Shown: positions 53,809 to 63,684, numbered from the stretch's first letter. The stretch: 64,000 bases of DNA from Desulfobacterales bacterium (GCA_025454115.1 JALOPB010000003.1:7036-71035); one strand, 5' to 3'. The notes: generated by a model not told the origin, from the sequence alone. A program made the numbers and translations.

Positions 53809-56460
53809 ATGACGCTTTCCAAATCAACCCCCATGCTGCAGCAGTATCTGGCCATCAAGGGCGATTACCCGGATGCCATCCTCTTTTACCGCATGGGAGA
53901 TTTCTACGAGATGTTTTTCGAGGACGCCGAACTCGCCTCCGGCATTCTCGAAATTGCGCTGACCTCCCGCAACAAGAACGATCCGTCACCGGTTCCCATG
54001 TGCGGAGTCCCGCATCGCGCCGCAACGGGTTACATCGCCCGGCTGATTGAGCGGGGATATAAGGTAGCGGTCTGCGACCAGGTGGAAGATTCGGCCGCCG
54101 CCAAGGGCCTGGTTCGGCGCGAAGTCGTACGCGTTATGACTCCCGGCATGATCATCGACGAGGAGTTTCTGGACGCGCGCACGAATAATTTCATTCTATC
54201 CGTTTGCCAGATGAAAGGCGTATGCGGGCTTGCCTATCTGGACCTGTCCACCGGAACCTTTCGTGTCACCGAAACATCCCAGCCTGACCAGCTGATAGAC
54301 GAGGCTCGGCGGGTGAGCCCGCGCGAGATCCTGATGGCCGAAAGCACCCGCGGAAACGTCCCCGAAGCCTGGATTCAGCGCCTGCCCGCCCTGTTTAGCG
54401 ATGTCGCTTTCAGCTATATCGAAGACCATGCCTTCGATTATCGCCGCGCGTACGACCGGCTGACCGAACAGCTGGGCACGCTGACGCTGGAAGGTTTCGG
54501 CTGCGAATCGTTTACCGCTGGAGTGAGCGCCGCCGGGGCACTGATTTTTTATGCCGGTGAAACCCAGAAACAGAAAACGACGCACCTGAGGCAGCTCGAA
54601 ACTTACTGGTTGAACCGCTGCCTGGTGGTGGATGACGTTAGCCGCCAAAACCTGGAGCTGATCCGCAACATTCGCACGGGCACCCGCCGCGGGACGCTAC
54701 TGAGCGTTCTCGATCACACCCGTACGGCCATGGGCGCACGGCTCCTGGCCGATTGGCTGCGAAGCCCGCTGAGTGAGCCTGGCGAGATCGAATTGCGCCT
54801 GGCCGCCGTCGCTGAGGCCAGGGAGCGCGAAGGGCTGCGTCGCGAGTTGCGGGAGCGTCTGAAAGACATCCAGGACCTGGAGCGGCTTGGTAGCAAAACG
54901 GTGATGGGCCAGGCGCATGCGCGCGACCTGCTGGCGTTGAAAACGTCGCTGCAGGCGCTGCCGGCGCTTTGGGCCGCGCTGGGCGGGTTCGGTGCAGAGC
55001 TCTACCGGCCTGCCGAAACGATCGATGCGCTCACCGGCCTGGCGGCATTAATAGACCGCGGCGTGCGTGAAGACGCCCCCATCACGTTGATGGAAGGCGG
55101 ACTGATTAAAACCGGTTTCAACCCGGAACTCGATGAATTGGTGCGCATCAGCTCGGATGCCAAAGGCTATCTGGCTCAATTGGGGGTGCGTGAAAAGGAG
55201 CGTACCGGGATCACTGCGCTCAAGGTGAGCTTTAACAAGGTGTTCGGCTATTACATCGAGGTGCCCAAGAGCCGGGCGGCTGCGGTGCCGGCGCACTATA
55301 TGCGTAAACAGACGCTGGTCAATGCCGAACGTTTTATCACCGAGGAGCTCAAGCAATTCGAAATGAAAGTCTTGGGTGCCGAGGAGCAGCGGGCCGTTCT
55401 CGAACACCGGCTGTTTTTGGGCATCCGGGATGAAGCCGCGCGGCTTCATCCCAAAATACTCTCGGTCGCCCGTTTTCTGGCCCGGCTGGATTGCCTGTTG
55501 AACCTGGCGGAGGTGGCCGCCCAGAATGGATACTGCCGGCCGCAGATCTCGGAAGACGGCACCCTTCGAATCGAGGACGGCCGACATCCGGTGGTCGAAA
55601 AAATGATCACCGCGGAGCGCTTTGTGCCCAATACCATCGAGATGGATGATGTCGCCCAGCAGGTCCTGATCATCACAGGCCCCAACATGGCCGGCAAGTC
55701 GACGGTCCTGCGCCAGGTGGCGCTTGCGGTCATCATGGCGCAGATGGGCAGCTTCGTTCCGGCCCGCAAGGCCGCCATCGGCATGGTTGATCGGATCTTT
55801 ACCCGTGTCGGTGCCCTGGACAATCTTTCCCAGGGGCAGAGCACCTTCATGGTCGAGATGCAGGAGACCGCCAACATCCTGCACCACGCGACCGAACGCA
55901 GCCTGGTCATCATGGATGAGATCGGACGCGGAACCAGCACGTTCGACGGTTTGAGCATCGCCTGGGCGGTGGCCGAATACTTACATGACCTGCGTCATCG
56001 GGGTGTCAAAACCCTTTTTGCCACTCACTACCACGAACTCACCGAGCTGGCCGAACGCAAGCCCCGGGTCAGCAACTTCAACATTGCGGTTCGGGAGTGG
56101 AATGACGAGATTATTTTCTTGCGCAAGCTGGTATCCGGTGGCACCAATCGCAGCTATGGCATTCAAGTGGCGCGGCTGGCCGGCATCCCGGATGAAGTGA
56201 TCGCGCGGGCTAAAAAGATCCTCTGGCGAATCGAAAACGGGGAGCACGGCGCCGTGGGGCTGGACCTCTCTACGAAGGCCGGCCGGTCTGCTCCCATGCA
56301 ACTTGACCTGTTCCGGCCGGCGAGCAGCCAGGTGGTCGAAAAACTGCGTGAGTTGGATATCACACGGATGTCGCCGATCGAGGCATTGAACCTGCTCAAC
56401 CGGCTTCAGGAAATGGCCCACCAGGAAGGCGGTGCCAGCTCGCCGCCTGGAAAAAATTAG
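53809..56460 (+). CDS. mutS: DNA mismatch repair protein MutS
   Basis: N-terminus TPMLQQYLAIKGDYPDAILFYRMGDFYEMF, Walker A GPNMAGKST, plus DEIGRGTSTFDG and THYHEL. The track ORF start at 53698 overlaps the previous gene. Confidence 0.97.
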   Translation: MTLSKSTPMLQQYLAIKGDYPDAILFYRMGDFYEMFFEDAELASGILEIALTSRNKNDPSPVPMCGVPHRAATGYIARLIERGYKVAVCDQVEDSAAAKGLVRREVVRVMTPGMIIDEEFLDARTNNFILSVCQMKGVCGLAYLDLSTGTFRVTETSQPDQLIDEARRVSPREILMAESTRGNVPEAWIQRLPALFSDVAFSYIEDHAFDYRRAYDRLTEQLGTLTLEGFGCESFTAGVSAAGALIFYAGETQKQKTTHLRQLETYWLNRCLVVDDVSRQNLELIRNIRTGTRRGTLLSVLDHTRTAMGARLLADWLRSPLSEPGEIELRLAAVAEAREREGLRRELRERLKDIQDLERLGSKTVMGQAHARDLLALKTSLQALPALWAALGGFGAELYRPAETIDALTGLAALIDRGVREDAPITLMEGGLIKTGFNPELDELVRISSDAKGYLAQLGVREKERTGITALKVSFNKVFGYYIEVPKSRAAAVPAHYMRKQTLVNAERFITEELKQFEMKVLGAEEQRAVLEHRLFLGIRDEAARLHPKILSVARFLARLDCLLNLAEVAAQNGYCRPQISEDGTLRIEDGRHPVVEKMITAERFVPNTIEMDDVAQQVLIITGPNMAGKSTVLRQVALAVIMAQMGSFVPARKAAIGMVDRIFTRVGALDNLSQGQSTFMVEMQETANILHHATERSLVIMDEIGRGTSTFDGLSIAWAVAEYLHDLRHRGVKTLFATHYHELTELAERKPRVSNFNIAVREWNDEIIFLRKLVSGGTNRSYGIQVARLAGIPDEVIARAKKILWRIENGEHGAVGLDLSTKAGRSAPMQLDLFRPASSQVVEKLRELDITRMSPIEALNLLNRLQEMAHQEGGASSPPGKN

Positions 56461-56534
56461 GCGCCGAGCTATGGAAAACTTTAGATTTTTACGGTAAACT
56501 GATCTGAAACGTTGGCAGATCAACGATATGGTTC

Positions 56535-58688
56535 ATGATGCATAGATCGCTTTGCTCCGTCTTAGTTTGTCTCTTCCTGTTCATTGCGTTCTGCGGGGTC
56601 GGCCAAGCCGTCGGCGCGGGGATCAGCGATGCGTTTTTCGACGCCGAAGCCTGCGGCCGCGAGTTGCGGAAAAACCTCCAGAAAAACAAGGTCCGGTCGA
56701 ACTGGACGCAATGCATCGACAAGTTCCAGTCCGTCTACCGTCAGGATCCCAAGGGGCCATGGGCACCCGCCAGTCTATTCCATTGCGGCGTACTTTACAT
56801 GGAAATGTCCAGGGGATTCCGGAGCGATGCCGACAAAAAAGCCGCTGCGGATCTGTTTGAGCAGCTCCAGAAGAGATTTCCGGACAGTGGCTACCGGGAC
56901 AGGGCCGCTGCGGAGCTCCAGAAACTCAATGCGGCTGCCGGTGCAGCGAGAGAGGAAGCCCCTGCCCGAGAAATTTCCCGCGGAACGCCGGTTCCGCCTG
57001 AAAAAGAGAAACAGAAAAAGCGTACCGATGCGAAAACCGTTCCACCGGCGGCAGCGGCATCCGCGGGTGCCGGGGGCCCATTTGTAAAGGCGGATGCTTG
57101 TTTTCAAAAGTTGCGCGGCAGCCAGCCCACCGAAAGCAGCCGCCGAGAATGGATGCTGTGCATCGGCCGATTTCGCAATGCCTACCTGGAGGACCCGACC
57201 GGGCCTATGGCCGCTCAGGCGCTTTATTTGGAAGGGGTCCTCTATCAGGATCTGCATAAACGCCTGAAATTCGATTCGGACCTGCGCGCCGCCCGCGAGA
57301 ATTTTGAAAAAGTCGCCAAGGAATTCCCCGATAGCCCGTTCGCAGCCAAGGCTGCCCAAGAGTTGAAGGCCATGCGACCGGCTCCCCGGCCGCTGCCGGA
57401 AACGATGGCGCGCAGACCCGCTTCGCCACCGATGCCCTCCTTTCCGAGCGAGCCGGCCGCGCCGGTCCCGTCGGAAATCATTCCGGAAACCTTTAAACCG
57501 GCTGAGGGCGAGGAGGGGCTTGCGATCGTGCAGGACCTGCGGCATTGGTCCAACCCGAACTACACCCGGGTCGTGGTCTACGTCGATCGTGAGACCGAAT
57601 TTACACACCGGCTGCTGAAAAAAGATCCGACCATTGAAAAGCCGCCGCGGCTTTATGTGGACTTGAGCAGCAGCACCCTGGGCGGCGGCAAGCAGAAGAC
57701 CATTCCGATCAACGACGATCTGCTCAGCGATGCACGCGCGGCGCGTTACACCCTGGACTCCGTGCGGGTGGTGGTGGACATCAAGTCCTTCGACACGTAT
57801 AAAGTCTTTTCGCTGCGCGATCCGTTCCGCATCGTTATCGATGTCTGGGGGCGCAACGGCACGGGGGCGGTGGCCTCCGAACGGGAGGAGGATTCTGCCC
57901 CGCCGCCCGGTTCGGCGGTCGAACGCAGCCGGAAGGTCCCGCGTGGAGCCCTGGCCCGGCAGCTCGCCCTGGGGGTCCGGCGCATCGTCGTCGACCCCGG
58001 TCACGGCGGCAAAGATTTCGGCGCCCCCGGTTTCATTCCGGGCGTCCATGAAAAAGACGTGGTGCTGGAAATTTCCAAGCGCGTGGCCCGCAAGATCCGC
58101 GAGGAGATGAACCTGGAGGCCATTCTGACCCGCTCCGAGGATCGTTACCTGACCCTGGAGGAGCGCACGGCTTTCGCCAACACCCGCGGGGCCGACCTGT
58201 TTGTCTCCATCCATACCAATGCCTCGCGCGACCCGCGCGCCTACGGGACCGAGACCTATTTCCTCAACCTTGCCACCGACGACGAGTCCATCCGCGTGGC
58301 CGCCATGGAGAACGCCACGTCCACCAAAAACATCAGCGATCTGCATTCCATTCTCAACGATCTGCTCAAAAACGCGAAGATCAACGAATCCAGCCGCATG
58401 GCCGAGATGGTGCAATCGTCACTGGTAAAAAACTTGAATCGCAGGGGCTACGACCGCGTCAAGGACAAGGGGGTGAAACAGGCGCCCTTTTACGTGTTGC
58501 TGGGCGCCCGCATGCCCTCGATCCTGGTCGAGACCGCCTTCATCAGCAACCGCGAGGAATGCCGCCTGCTGACCACCGCCAGCTATCAGGAGCACCTGGC
58601 CGAATCGATTGTGCAGGGATTGCGCAGTTACATCCGGGAAATCAACCCGACGGCCTTCAGCGAGCCCGCACCGGGCTCATCGGGATAA
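56535..58688 (+). CDS. N-acetylmuramoyl-L-alanine amidase (AmiC-like) with a duplicated N-terminal helical module and an AMIN domain
   Basis: It has a signal peptide and two ~100-aa repeats, each ending in FPDS. An AMIN-like block follows (VQDLRHWSNPNYTRVVVYVD...LYVDL). The Amidase_3 core shows IVVDPGHGGKDFGAPG, SIHTNA and ETAFISN. Confidence 0.9.
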   Translation: MMHRSLCSVLVCLFLFIAFCGVGQAVGAGISDAFFDAEACGRELRKNLQKNKVRSNWTQCIDKFQSVYRQDPKGPWAPASLFHCGVLYMEMSRGFRSDADKKAAADLFEQLQKRFPDSGYRDRAAAELQKLNAAAGAAREEAPAREISRGTPVPPEKEKQKKRTDAKTVPPAAAASAGAGGPFVKADACFQKLRGSQPTESSRREWMLCIGRFRNAYLEDPTGPMAAQALYLEGVLYQDLHKRLKFDSDLRAARENFEKVAKEFPDSPFAAKAAQELKAMRPAPRPLPETMARRPASPPMPSFPSEPAAPVPSEIIPETFKPAEGEEGLAIVQDLRHWSNPNYTRVVVYVDRETEFTHRLLKKDPTIEKPPRLYVDLSSSTLGGGKQKTIPINDDLLSDARAARYTLDSVRVVVDIKSFDTYKVFSLRDPFRIVIDVWGRNGTGAVASEREEDSAPPPGSAVERSRKVPRGALARQLALGVRRIVVDPGHGGKDFGAPGFIPGVHEKDVVLEISKRVARKIREEMNLEAILTRSEDRYLTLEERTAFANTRGADLFVSIHTNASRDPRAYGTETYFLNLATDDESIRVAAMENATSTKNISDLHSILNDLLKNAKINESSRMAEMVQSSLVKNLNRRGYDRVKDKGVKQAPFYVLLGARMPSILVETAFISNREECRLLTTASYQEHLAESIVQGLRSYIREINPTAFSEPAPGSSG

Positions 58689-58726
58689 AATCGTCAACGC
58701 ATCAACTGGCTCGAAGAAGGAGAACC

Positions 58727-59518
58727 ATGGCTTACGAAAACATTCTGTTCCAGGTGGATCAAGGGATCGCTACGATCACCTTCAACCGGCCCAAGGCGCT
58801 GAACGCCTTGAATCAGGCCCTGCTGGCGGAGCTGTCCAAGGCATTGGACGACATCGCCGCAGACGAAGGCGTCCGGGTGCTGATTTTGACCGGTTCGGGT
58901 GACAAGGCTTTTGTGGCCGGAGCGGACATCACTGAGCTGGCGACCTTTACGGCGCTTCAGGCCAAAATTTTCTCGCGGGCCGGGCATGCCATCATCGCGA
59001 AGCTGCAGGAGCTGCCGGTGGCCGTGATCGCAGCCGTAAACGGCTTCGCACTGGGAGGCGGCAGCGAAATCGCACTGGCCTGCGATTTCATCTATGCCGT
59101 CGAGAATGCCAGGTTTGGGCTGCCGGAAATCAACCTCGGACTGATTCCGGGGTTCGGCGGCACCCAGCGGTTGCCGCGGCTGGTCGGCGCGAACCAAGCC
59201 AAGGAGCTGATTTTCACCGGCAAAATGATCGGCGCGGCCGAGGCGGCGCAGATCGGCCTGGTCAACAAGGTCGTTCCCTCCGGCGCCCTGATGGAAGAAG
59301 CGCTGAAGACTGCCCGCGATATCGCCGCCAAAGGGCGGGTTGCGCTGCGGGCGGTCAAACAGGCGATCAACCATGGTCTGAACACGGATCTTGCCACTGG
59401 CTGCGCCATTGAAACCGATGCGTTCGCGCTGACCCTGGCGAGCGCGGATGCCAAAGAAGGCACCGCGGCGTTTTTGGAGAAGCGCAAAGCGGTATTCACC
59501 GGGAAGCTGCAGGGGTAA
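58727..59518 (+). CDS. Enoyl-CoA hydratase (crotonase family)
   Basis: Motifs ITFNRPKALNAL, LTGSGDKAFVAGADI, AVNGFALGGGSEIALACD, PEINLGLIPGFGGTQRL and EGTAAFLEKR. A gaaggag SD is present. Confidence 0.9.
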   Translation: MAYENILFQVDQGIATITFNRPKALNALNQALLAELSKALDDIAADEGVRVLILTGSGDKAFVAGADITELATFTALQAKIFSRAGHAIIAKLQELPVAVIAAVNGFALGGGSEIALACDFIYAVENARFGLPEINLGLIPGFGGTQRLPRLVGANQAKELIFTGKMIGAAEAAQIGLVNKVVPSGALMEEALKTARDIAAKGRVALRAVKQAINHGLNTDLATGCAIETDAFALTLASADAKEGTAAFLEKRKAVFTGKLQG

Positions 59519-59537
59519 GGGAAGGGTTCGGGATGCA

Positions 59538-59606
59538 GGGTTCAGGAAAAAAGCTGGCCGTGCTATTGCCGGTCCTGAACCCCGGATCCTGATTCTTTTT
59601 CCTGAA
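59538..59606 (+). promoter_or_regulatory. Structured intergenic RNA with two mutually exclusive helices, upstream of a small membrane-protein gene
   Basis: Positions 59538-59547 (gggttcagga) pair perfectly with 59573-59582 (tcctgaaccc). The overlapping segment 59541-59551 (ttcaggaaaaa) pairs perfectly with 59596-59606 (tttttcctgaa). Both pairings were checked base by base. Confidence 0.35.
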
Positions 59607-59617
59607 GGCTTGTCGAT

Positions 59618-59866
59618 ATGGATGAGAACACGAAAGCCACGCTCCAACTCGTTTGGGGGCTTCTGCTGGTGACGGCCGGAGTGGGGCTGCTTTTCCGTAT
59701 CCCTGAAGTGATGCCCCAGATACGGCAAATCGAATCCTTCTCCGGGGCCATTCCATTCATCTATTTTTGCATGTATTTCATCGCCGTGTTTCTGATCGCC
59801 GGCGGCGGACGCAAGCTATACCTCCACGGCCGTCGCCTGCTCTCGAAAAGCCCGCCGCGAAACTGA
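59618..59866 (+). CDS. Small (82 aa) 2-TM hypothetical protein
   Basis: TM helices LQLVWGLLLVTAGVGLLF and IPFIYFCMYFIAVFLIAGG. It fills an otherwise empty 380-nt gap. Confidence 0.45.
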   Translation: MDENTKATLQLVWGLLLVTAGVGLLFRIPEVMPQIRQIESFSGAIPFIYFCMYFIAVFLIAGGGRKLYLHGRRLLSKSPPRN

Positions 59867-59900
59867 GCCGCCCATTTGGCTTTCCGGAAGTGATGAACGG

Positions 59901-61745
59901 TTAGCCAGTCCCGCGATACCTTGCTTCGGCGGCCTCCATGAATTTACGCAGTTGCGCTTCATAGTGACTCCGATCGCCGCTGGCCAGCGCCAGTGCGCGC
60001 CTTCCGACCTCTACCGCCTGCCCATAGTTGGCGTTGGCAAAGTAGCTTTCCGCCAACGTGTCCAGGATGAAGGCGGACTGCTCCAATTGAGCCGCCCGCT
60101 GAGCCAGTTCCAGCGCGCGGGGTGGGTCGCGCAGACCCTCGTCGGTGCAGGTGGCGAGCAGCCAGGCCAGGTTGTTGAGCACCTGGGGCTGGTCCGGTCG
60201 CAGGGCCAGGGATTTTTCATAGGCCTGTTTAACCTCAACGAAGTTCTGGCGCCGGTAATACAGGTCACCCAGCAGACCGTAGAGGCTGGGGTTTTCCGGA
60301 GCGCGTTCGATCTCACGCAGGATGACAGCGGCAATGAGATGATCTCCCAGTTTGGCGCCCATCGACCCCATGTTGAGCTGATAGCCGAATGCGGCCAGCA
60401 GCGCCAGCCCGGCCAGATAAAGGCCGATTGCACGACGGACGCGGGTATCGTGGCGCCGGATCCAGCTTCGGTCCTGTTCGCACTTTCTGAGGAAATCGAT
60501 GCGCTCGCGGATGCTGAAGTGGTGCCAGTTGGGACGATCGGCCGGCTGGCCGCTGGTCAGGGAGATCTTGTGAAAGGTGGAGATCAAGGCGGCGGCGCTG
60601 TCGAACAGCGAAAAAACGTAGCCATCCGCCTGACGCTCGAAGTTGCGCATGAAGAAACCGAACACGTAGCGGAAATAGACCAGGAAGACGCAGATGATCA
60701 TCGCGCTGAAGACGATGGACGTCACCATCCCGGGGTTGGCCCCGGAGCGATGTACGAGCCTCCATGCGGGTTCGACGAAAATCATCGCGTACACGGTGAC
60801 ATCGAAGGTAACGTACGAAAGGACCAAATAGCCCGCAAAAAACAACAGATAAAACAACAGGTGCTTTTTCTTGATGTGGCCGATCTCGTGGCCGATCACG
60901 GCGTCGATCTCTTGCGGTGCGAGCAGGCTGAGCAGCGCGGGGGTGACCAGAATATAACGAAATCGCCGGATCAGGCCCATCACGCCGGCGGTGATCATTT
61001 TACCGCCGAACAGCGGCCAGTACAGAATATCGTTGTAGGCCATGCCGGCTCTTCGGCACAGCTGCTCGATCCGCTCGCGCTGGTGGCCGGGGGGCATCGA
61101 CCGGCAGCGCCAGAACGTCTTGATCATGAGCGGTCCCGCCACGGCGACCACGGCCAGAAAGGAGCAAAAATAGACCGTCTGACCCTCGGTGGTGGCCAGA
61201 AGCGCCTTGACACCCGGAAGCGGCAGGGCCTGGATCAGGTCGGCGATTCCCGAAAGCAGCAGCCAGGGAAGCAGAATGGGCGCCGAAAACGAGATATTGG
61301 AACCGATGTACTCCCCGCGTGTGAATTGGGGATGATACAGTTTGCGGTAGGCGTTGTAGGCGCAGCCCCAGACGATGCCGAGGTAGCCCATGAAAAGCAA
61401 CAGAAAGACGAATGCCTGCAGGGTCGGCCAGCGGTTGAACAGCGGCAGGTGGTTCACGTGCGAAGGCAGGTTGAGCGCGTAAATGTCCAGTGCAAAAATC
61501 GCCACGGCCAGAATCGAGCTGCGCAGCTGTGTCGCGTGGAACAACTGGTCCAGGCGCGCGAAGCCCACCCGCGTCATCTGGCGTTCGATGCGGCGGAACA
61601 TGATGAGCGTGAGCCCCGCAAACGCCAGTGAAAGCCCACCGAACAGGAAAAGACTTTCCAGACCGCTGAACGTGGGATCCTCGGGGGGCTGGTAGGTCAG
61701 GTAAATGAGCAGGACCAGTATGAAGTAGATGAAGTTTCCGTACAT
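59901..61745 (-). CDS. M48-family (HtpX/Ste24-like) membrane zinc metalloprotease with C-terminal TPR repeats
   Basis: Multiple N-terminal TM helices, zinc motif IGHEIGHIKKKH, and C-terminal TPR-like repeats (YEKSLALRPDQ..., LELAQRAAQLE...). Confidence 0.8.
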   Translation of the reverse strand: MYGNFIYFILVLLIYLTYQPPEDPTFSGLESLFLFGGLSLAFAGLTLIMFRRIERQMTRVGFARLDQLFHATQLRSSILAVAIFALDIYALNLPSHVNHLPLFNRWPTLQAFVFLLLFMGYLGIVWGCAYNAYRKLYHPQFTRGEYIGSNISFSAPILLPWLLLSGIADLIQALPLPGVKALLATTEGQTVYFCSFLAVVAVAGPLMIKTFWRCRSMPPGHQRERIEQLCRRAGMAYNDILYWPLFGGKMITAGVMGLIRRFRYILVTPALLSLLAPQEIDAVIGHEIGHIKKKHLLFYLLFFAGYLVLSYVTFDVTVYAMIFVEPAWRLVHRSGANPGMVTSIVFSAMIICVFLVYFRYVFGFFMRNFERQADGYVFSLFDSAAALISTFHKISLTSGQPADRPNWHHFSIRERIDFLRKCEQDRSWIRRHDTRVRRAIGLYLAGLALLAAFGYQLNMGSMGAKLGDHLIAAVILREIERAPENPSLYGLLGDLYYRRQNFVEVKQAYEKSLALRPDQPQVLNNLAWLLATCTDEGLRDPPRALELAQRAAQLEQSAFILDTLAESYFANANYGQAVEVGRRALALASGDRSHYEAQLRKFMEAAEARYRGTG

Positions 61746-61772
61746 GGCGTCTTTGAAAGAATCCGCTGCCGG

Positions 61773-62303
61773 CTACTCGCGGAAGAAGCGCTCCTTTTCG
61801 CTGTAAATACATCCGCAGTACTTCTGGCGGTAGAGGCCGAGGCGTCGGGATTCATCCACGCCCTGTTTCCACCCGGGCCGGAAGTCTCGGTAATGGAACG
61901 GGACGCCCAGCGATCGCCCGACGCATTCGCCGATCTCTCGGATCGGGTCGTGCTTTTGGTAGCGGCTATAGAGCAGGGTGGTTGAAAAGGCGTCGAAGTT
62001 GCCCTGGCGCGCCAAGGCGGCGGTAGCCTCCAGTCGCAGACGGTAGCAGATGAGGCAGCGCTCGTCTTCGTGATACACCAGGCTGCGGATGAACCCCTCC
62101 AGGTCGTAGCCCGGCTGCCAGATCATCTCCAGGCCGACCCGGCCGGCATAATCCTGCAGGGTATTTTGACGGCGCCGACATTCGGAAAAGGGGTGGATGT
62201 TATGGCGGTAGAAGAAGCCGGTGACGGCCGTTCCGGCCGAGCGCAGCTCGGCCACCGGCACGATCGAGCAGGGAGCGCAGCAGATGTGCAGCAGGAGTCT
62301 CAT
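61773..62303 (-). CDS. queH: Epoxyqueuosine reductase QueH (DUF208)
   Basis: N-terminus LLLHICCAPCS and C-terminal YCGCIYSEKERF. Confidence 0.85.
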   Translation of the reverse strand: MRLLLHICCAPCSIVPVAELRSAGTAVTGFFYRHNIHPFSECRRRQNTLQDYAGRVGLEMIWQPGYDLEGFIRSLVYHEDERCLICYRLRLEATAALARQGNFDAFSTTLLYSRYQKHDPIREIGECVGRSLGVPFHYRDFRPGWKQGVDESRRLGLYRQKYCGCIYSEKERFFRE

Positions 62304-62992
62304 GATCGTTCTCCGAAAATCGCCGTGCCGATGCGCACGAGCGTCGCACCCTCGGCGACGGCGGCCTCGAAATCACCGGTCATGCCCATGGACAATTCCT
62401 GCATGCCGACGTTCCCGATTTGTTCAGCGTCGATGCAATCACGCAGCCGGCGCAGCTCGGCGAAGAACGGACGAACCTTCTGCGGTGCATTGAAATACGG
62501 CGGCAGAGTCATGAGCCCCCGGACCGCGATGTGCTCGAGCGCCGCCGCACGGCGGATGAGCGGCAGTGCGTCCTCCGGCGCCACCCCTGATTTGGATTCC
62601 TCGCCGGCGACATTCACCTGGATGAGGACGGCCTGGACCTTGTTGATCTTTTGGGCGCAGCGGTCGAGCTCCATGGCCAGGCGGTAGGAGTCCACCGTGT
62701 GGATGAGATCGAACATCCGGACGGCATATTTGGCCTTGTTGGTCTGGAGATGGCCGATGAAGTGCCATGTCACCGGAACCTCCTGGAGAGCGGCGTATTT
62801 GTCGTGTGCCTCCTGAATGTAGTTTTCGCCGATGTCGGACACGCCGGCGGCGACCGCCTCCCGGATGGCCGCGGGCGGGAAGGTCTTACTAGCCGCAACC
62901 AGACGGATTTCTCCAGCAGATCGGCCCGCAGCGGCCGCTGCGGTTCGGATGCGGGTGATGAGGGCGTCCAGTCGTTCGGCGATGGTGTTCAT
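62300..62992 (-). CDS. yggS: YggS-family pyridoxal-phosphate homeostasis protein
   Basis: Motifs LVAASKT (PLP Lys), WHFIGHLQTNK, SMGMTGDFE and VRIGTAIFG. The stop overlaps the queH start. Confidence 0.9.
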   Translation of the reverse strand: MNTIAERLDALITRIRTAAAAAGRSAGEIRLVAASKTFPPAAIREAVAAGVSDIGENYIQEAHDKYAALQEVPVTWHFIGHLQTNKAKYAVRMFDLIHTVDSYRLAMELDRCAQKINKVQAVLIQVNVAGEESKSGVAPEDALPLIRRAAALEHIAVRGLMTLPPYFNAPQKVRPFFAELRRLRDCIDAEQIGNVGMQELSMGMTGDFEAAVAEGATLVRIGTAIFGERS

Positions 62993-63627
62993 GGACCGGT
63001 CGCTGCGCTTTCGTCGTGAAGGGGGTGCGGCCGGTCGAAGCCGATCACCTGCTCACGAAGCAGGAATTCGACGACTTCACACACCGGCAGGCCGACCACG
63101 TTGGTGTAGGAACCGTTGATGCGTTTCACCAGAAAAGTGCCGATGCCCTGAATGGCGTACGCACCGGCTTTGTCGAAGGGCTCGCCGGTCTGGATGTACC
63201 ATTCGATTTCTTCGTCCGTCAGGGTCTTGAACAGGACATCCGTCCGCACGACGTCGGCAAACATGCGCCCGGCGCATATCCGGCAGATGCAGTAACCGGT
63301 CAGCACCTGGTGCAGGCAACCGCTCAGGCGGCGCAGCATGTCGCGGGCTTCCGAGGTTGATTCCGGTTTGCCCAGGATGCGGCCTTCGGCCACCACCACG
63401 GTGTCGGCACCGATCACCCAGCTATCAGGGTACTTCTGTGCGATGTCCGTGGCTTTGGCCACGGACAGTTCCCGAACATAATCATCCGGAGTTGCCGCGG
63501 TAACGGAGGCTTCGTCCAATCGACTCGGAATGACGGCAAACCGCAGGCCGGCCCTTTCGAGCAGGTAACGGCGCCGCGGCGACTGCGAAGCCAGAATGAT
63601 TTTGGTTTTGAGTTCAGATACTTTCAT
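62989..63627 (-). CDS. maf: Maf-family nucleoside-triphosphate pyrophosphatase
   Basis: Motifs ILASQSPRRRYLL, GADTVV, KAGAYAIQG and NVVGLP. The stop overlaps the yggS start. Confidence 0.9.
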   Translation of the reverse strand: MKVSELKTKIILASQSPRRRYLLERAGLRFAVIPSRLDEASVTAATPDDYVRELSVAKATDIAQKYPDSWVIGADTVVVAEGRILGKPESTSEARDMLRRLSGCLHQVLTGYCICRICAGRMFADVVRTDVLFKTLTDEEIEWYIQTGEPFDKAGAYAIQGIGTFLVKRINGSYTNVVGLPVCEVVEFLLREQVIGFDRPHPLHDESAATGP

Positions 63628-63655
63628 GAAATTTGTTTAGCAAATGACATCACGT

Positions 63656-63684
63656 TTGACAAGGCTGTGCCCCAGACATAATAA
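63656..63684 (+). promoter_or_regulatory. Candidate sigma70 promoter (TTGACA-N17-TAATAA) for the partial gene at the window end
   Basis: ttgaca at 63656-63661 and taataa at 63679-63684. Confidence 0.4.

Noticed and set aside
56775-58415. 546-aa ORF antisense to the amidase gene.
   Set aside because: The sense strand carries a signal peptide and AMIN and Amidase_3 motifs. The antisense product is Arg/Gly/His-rich and low in complexity.
58694-59728. 344-aa ORF antisense to the crotonase gene.
   Set aside because: The sense frame has full crotonase signatures. The antisense frame has none.
59952-61812. 559-aa plus-strand ORF and 270-aa minus-strand alternative frame overlapping the M48 peptidase gene.
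   Set aside because: Only the 59901-61745 minus frame gives TM helices, the HEIGH zinc motif and TPR repeats. The other frames are low-complexity and rich in Arg, Gly, Gln and Asp.
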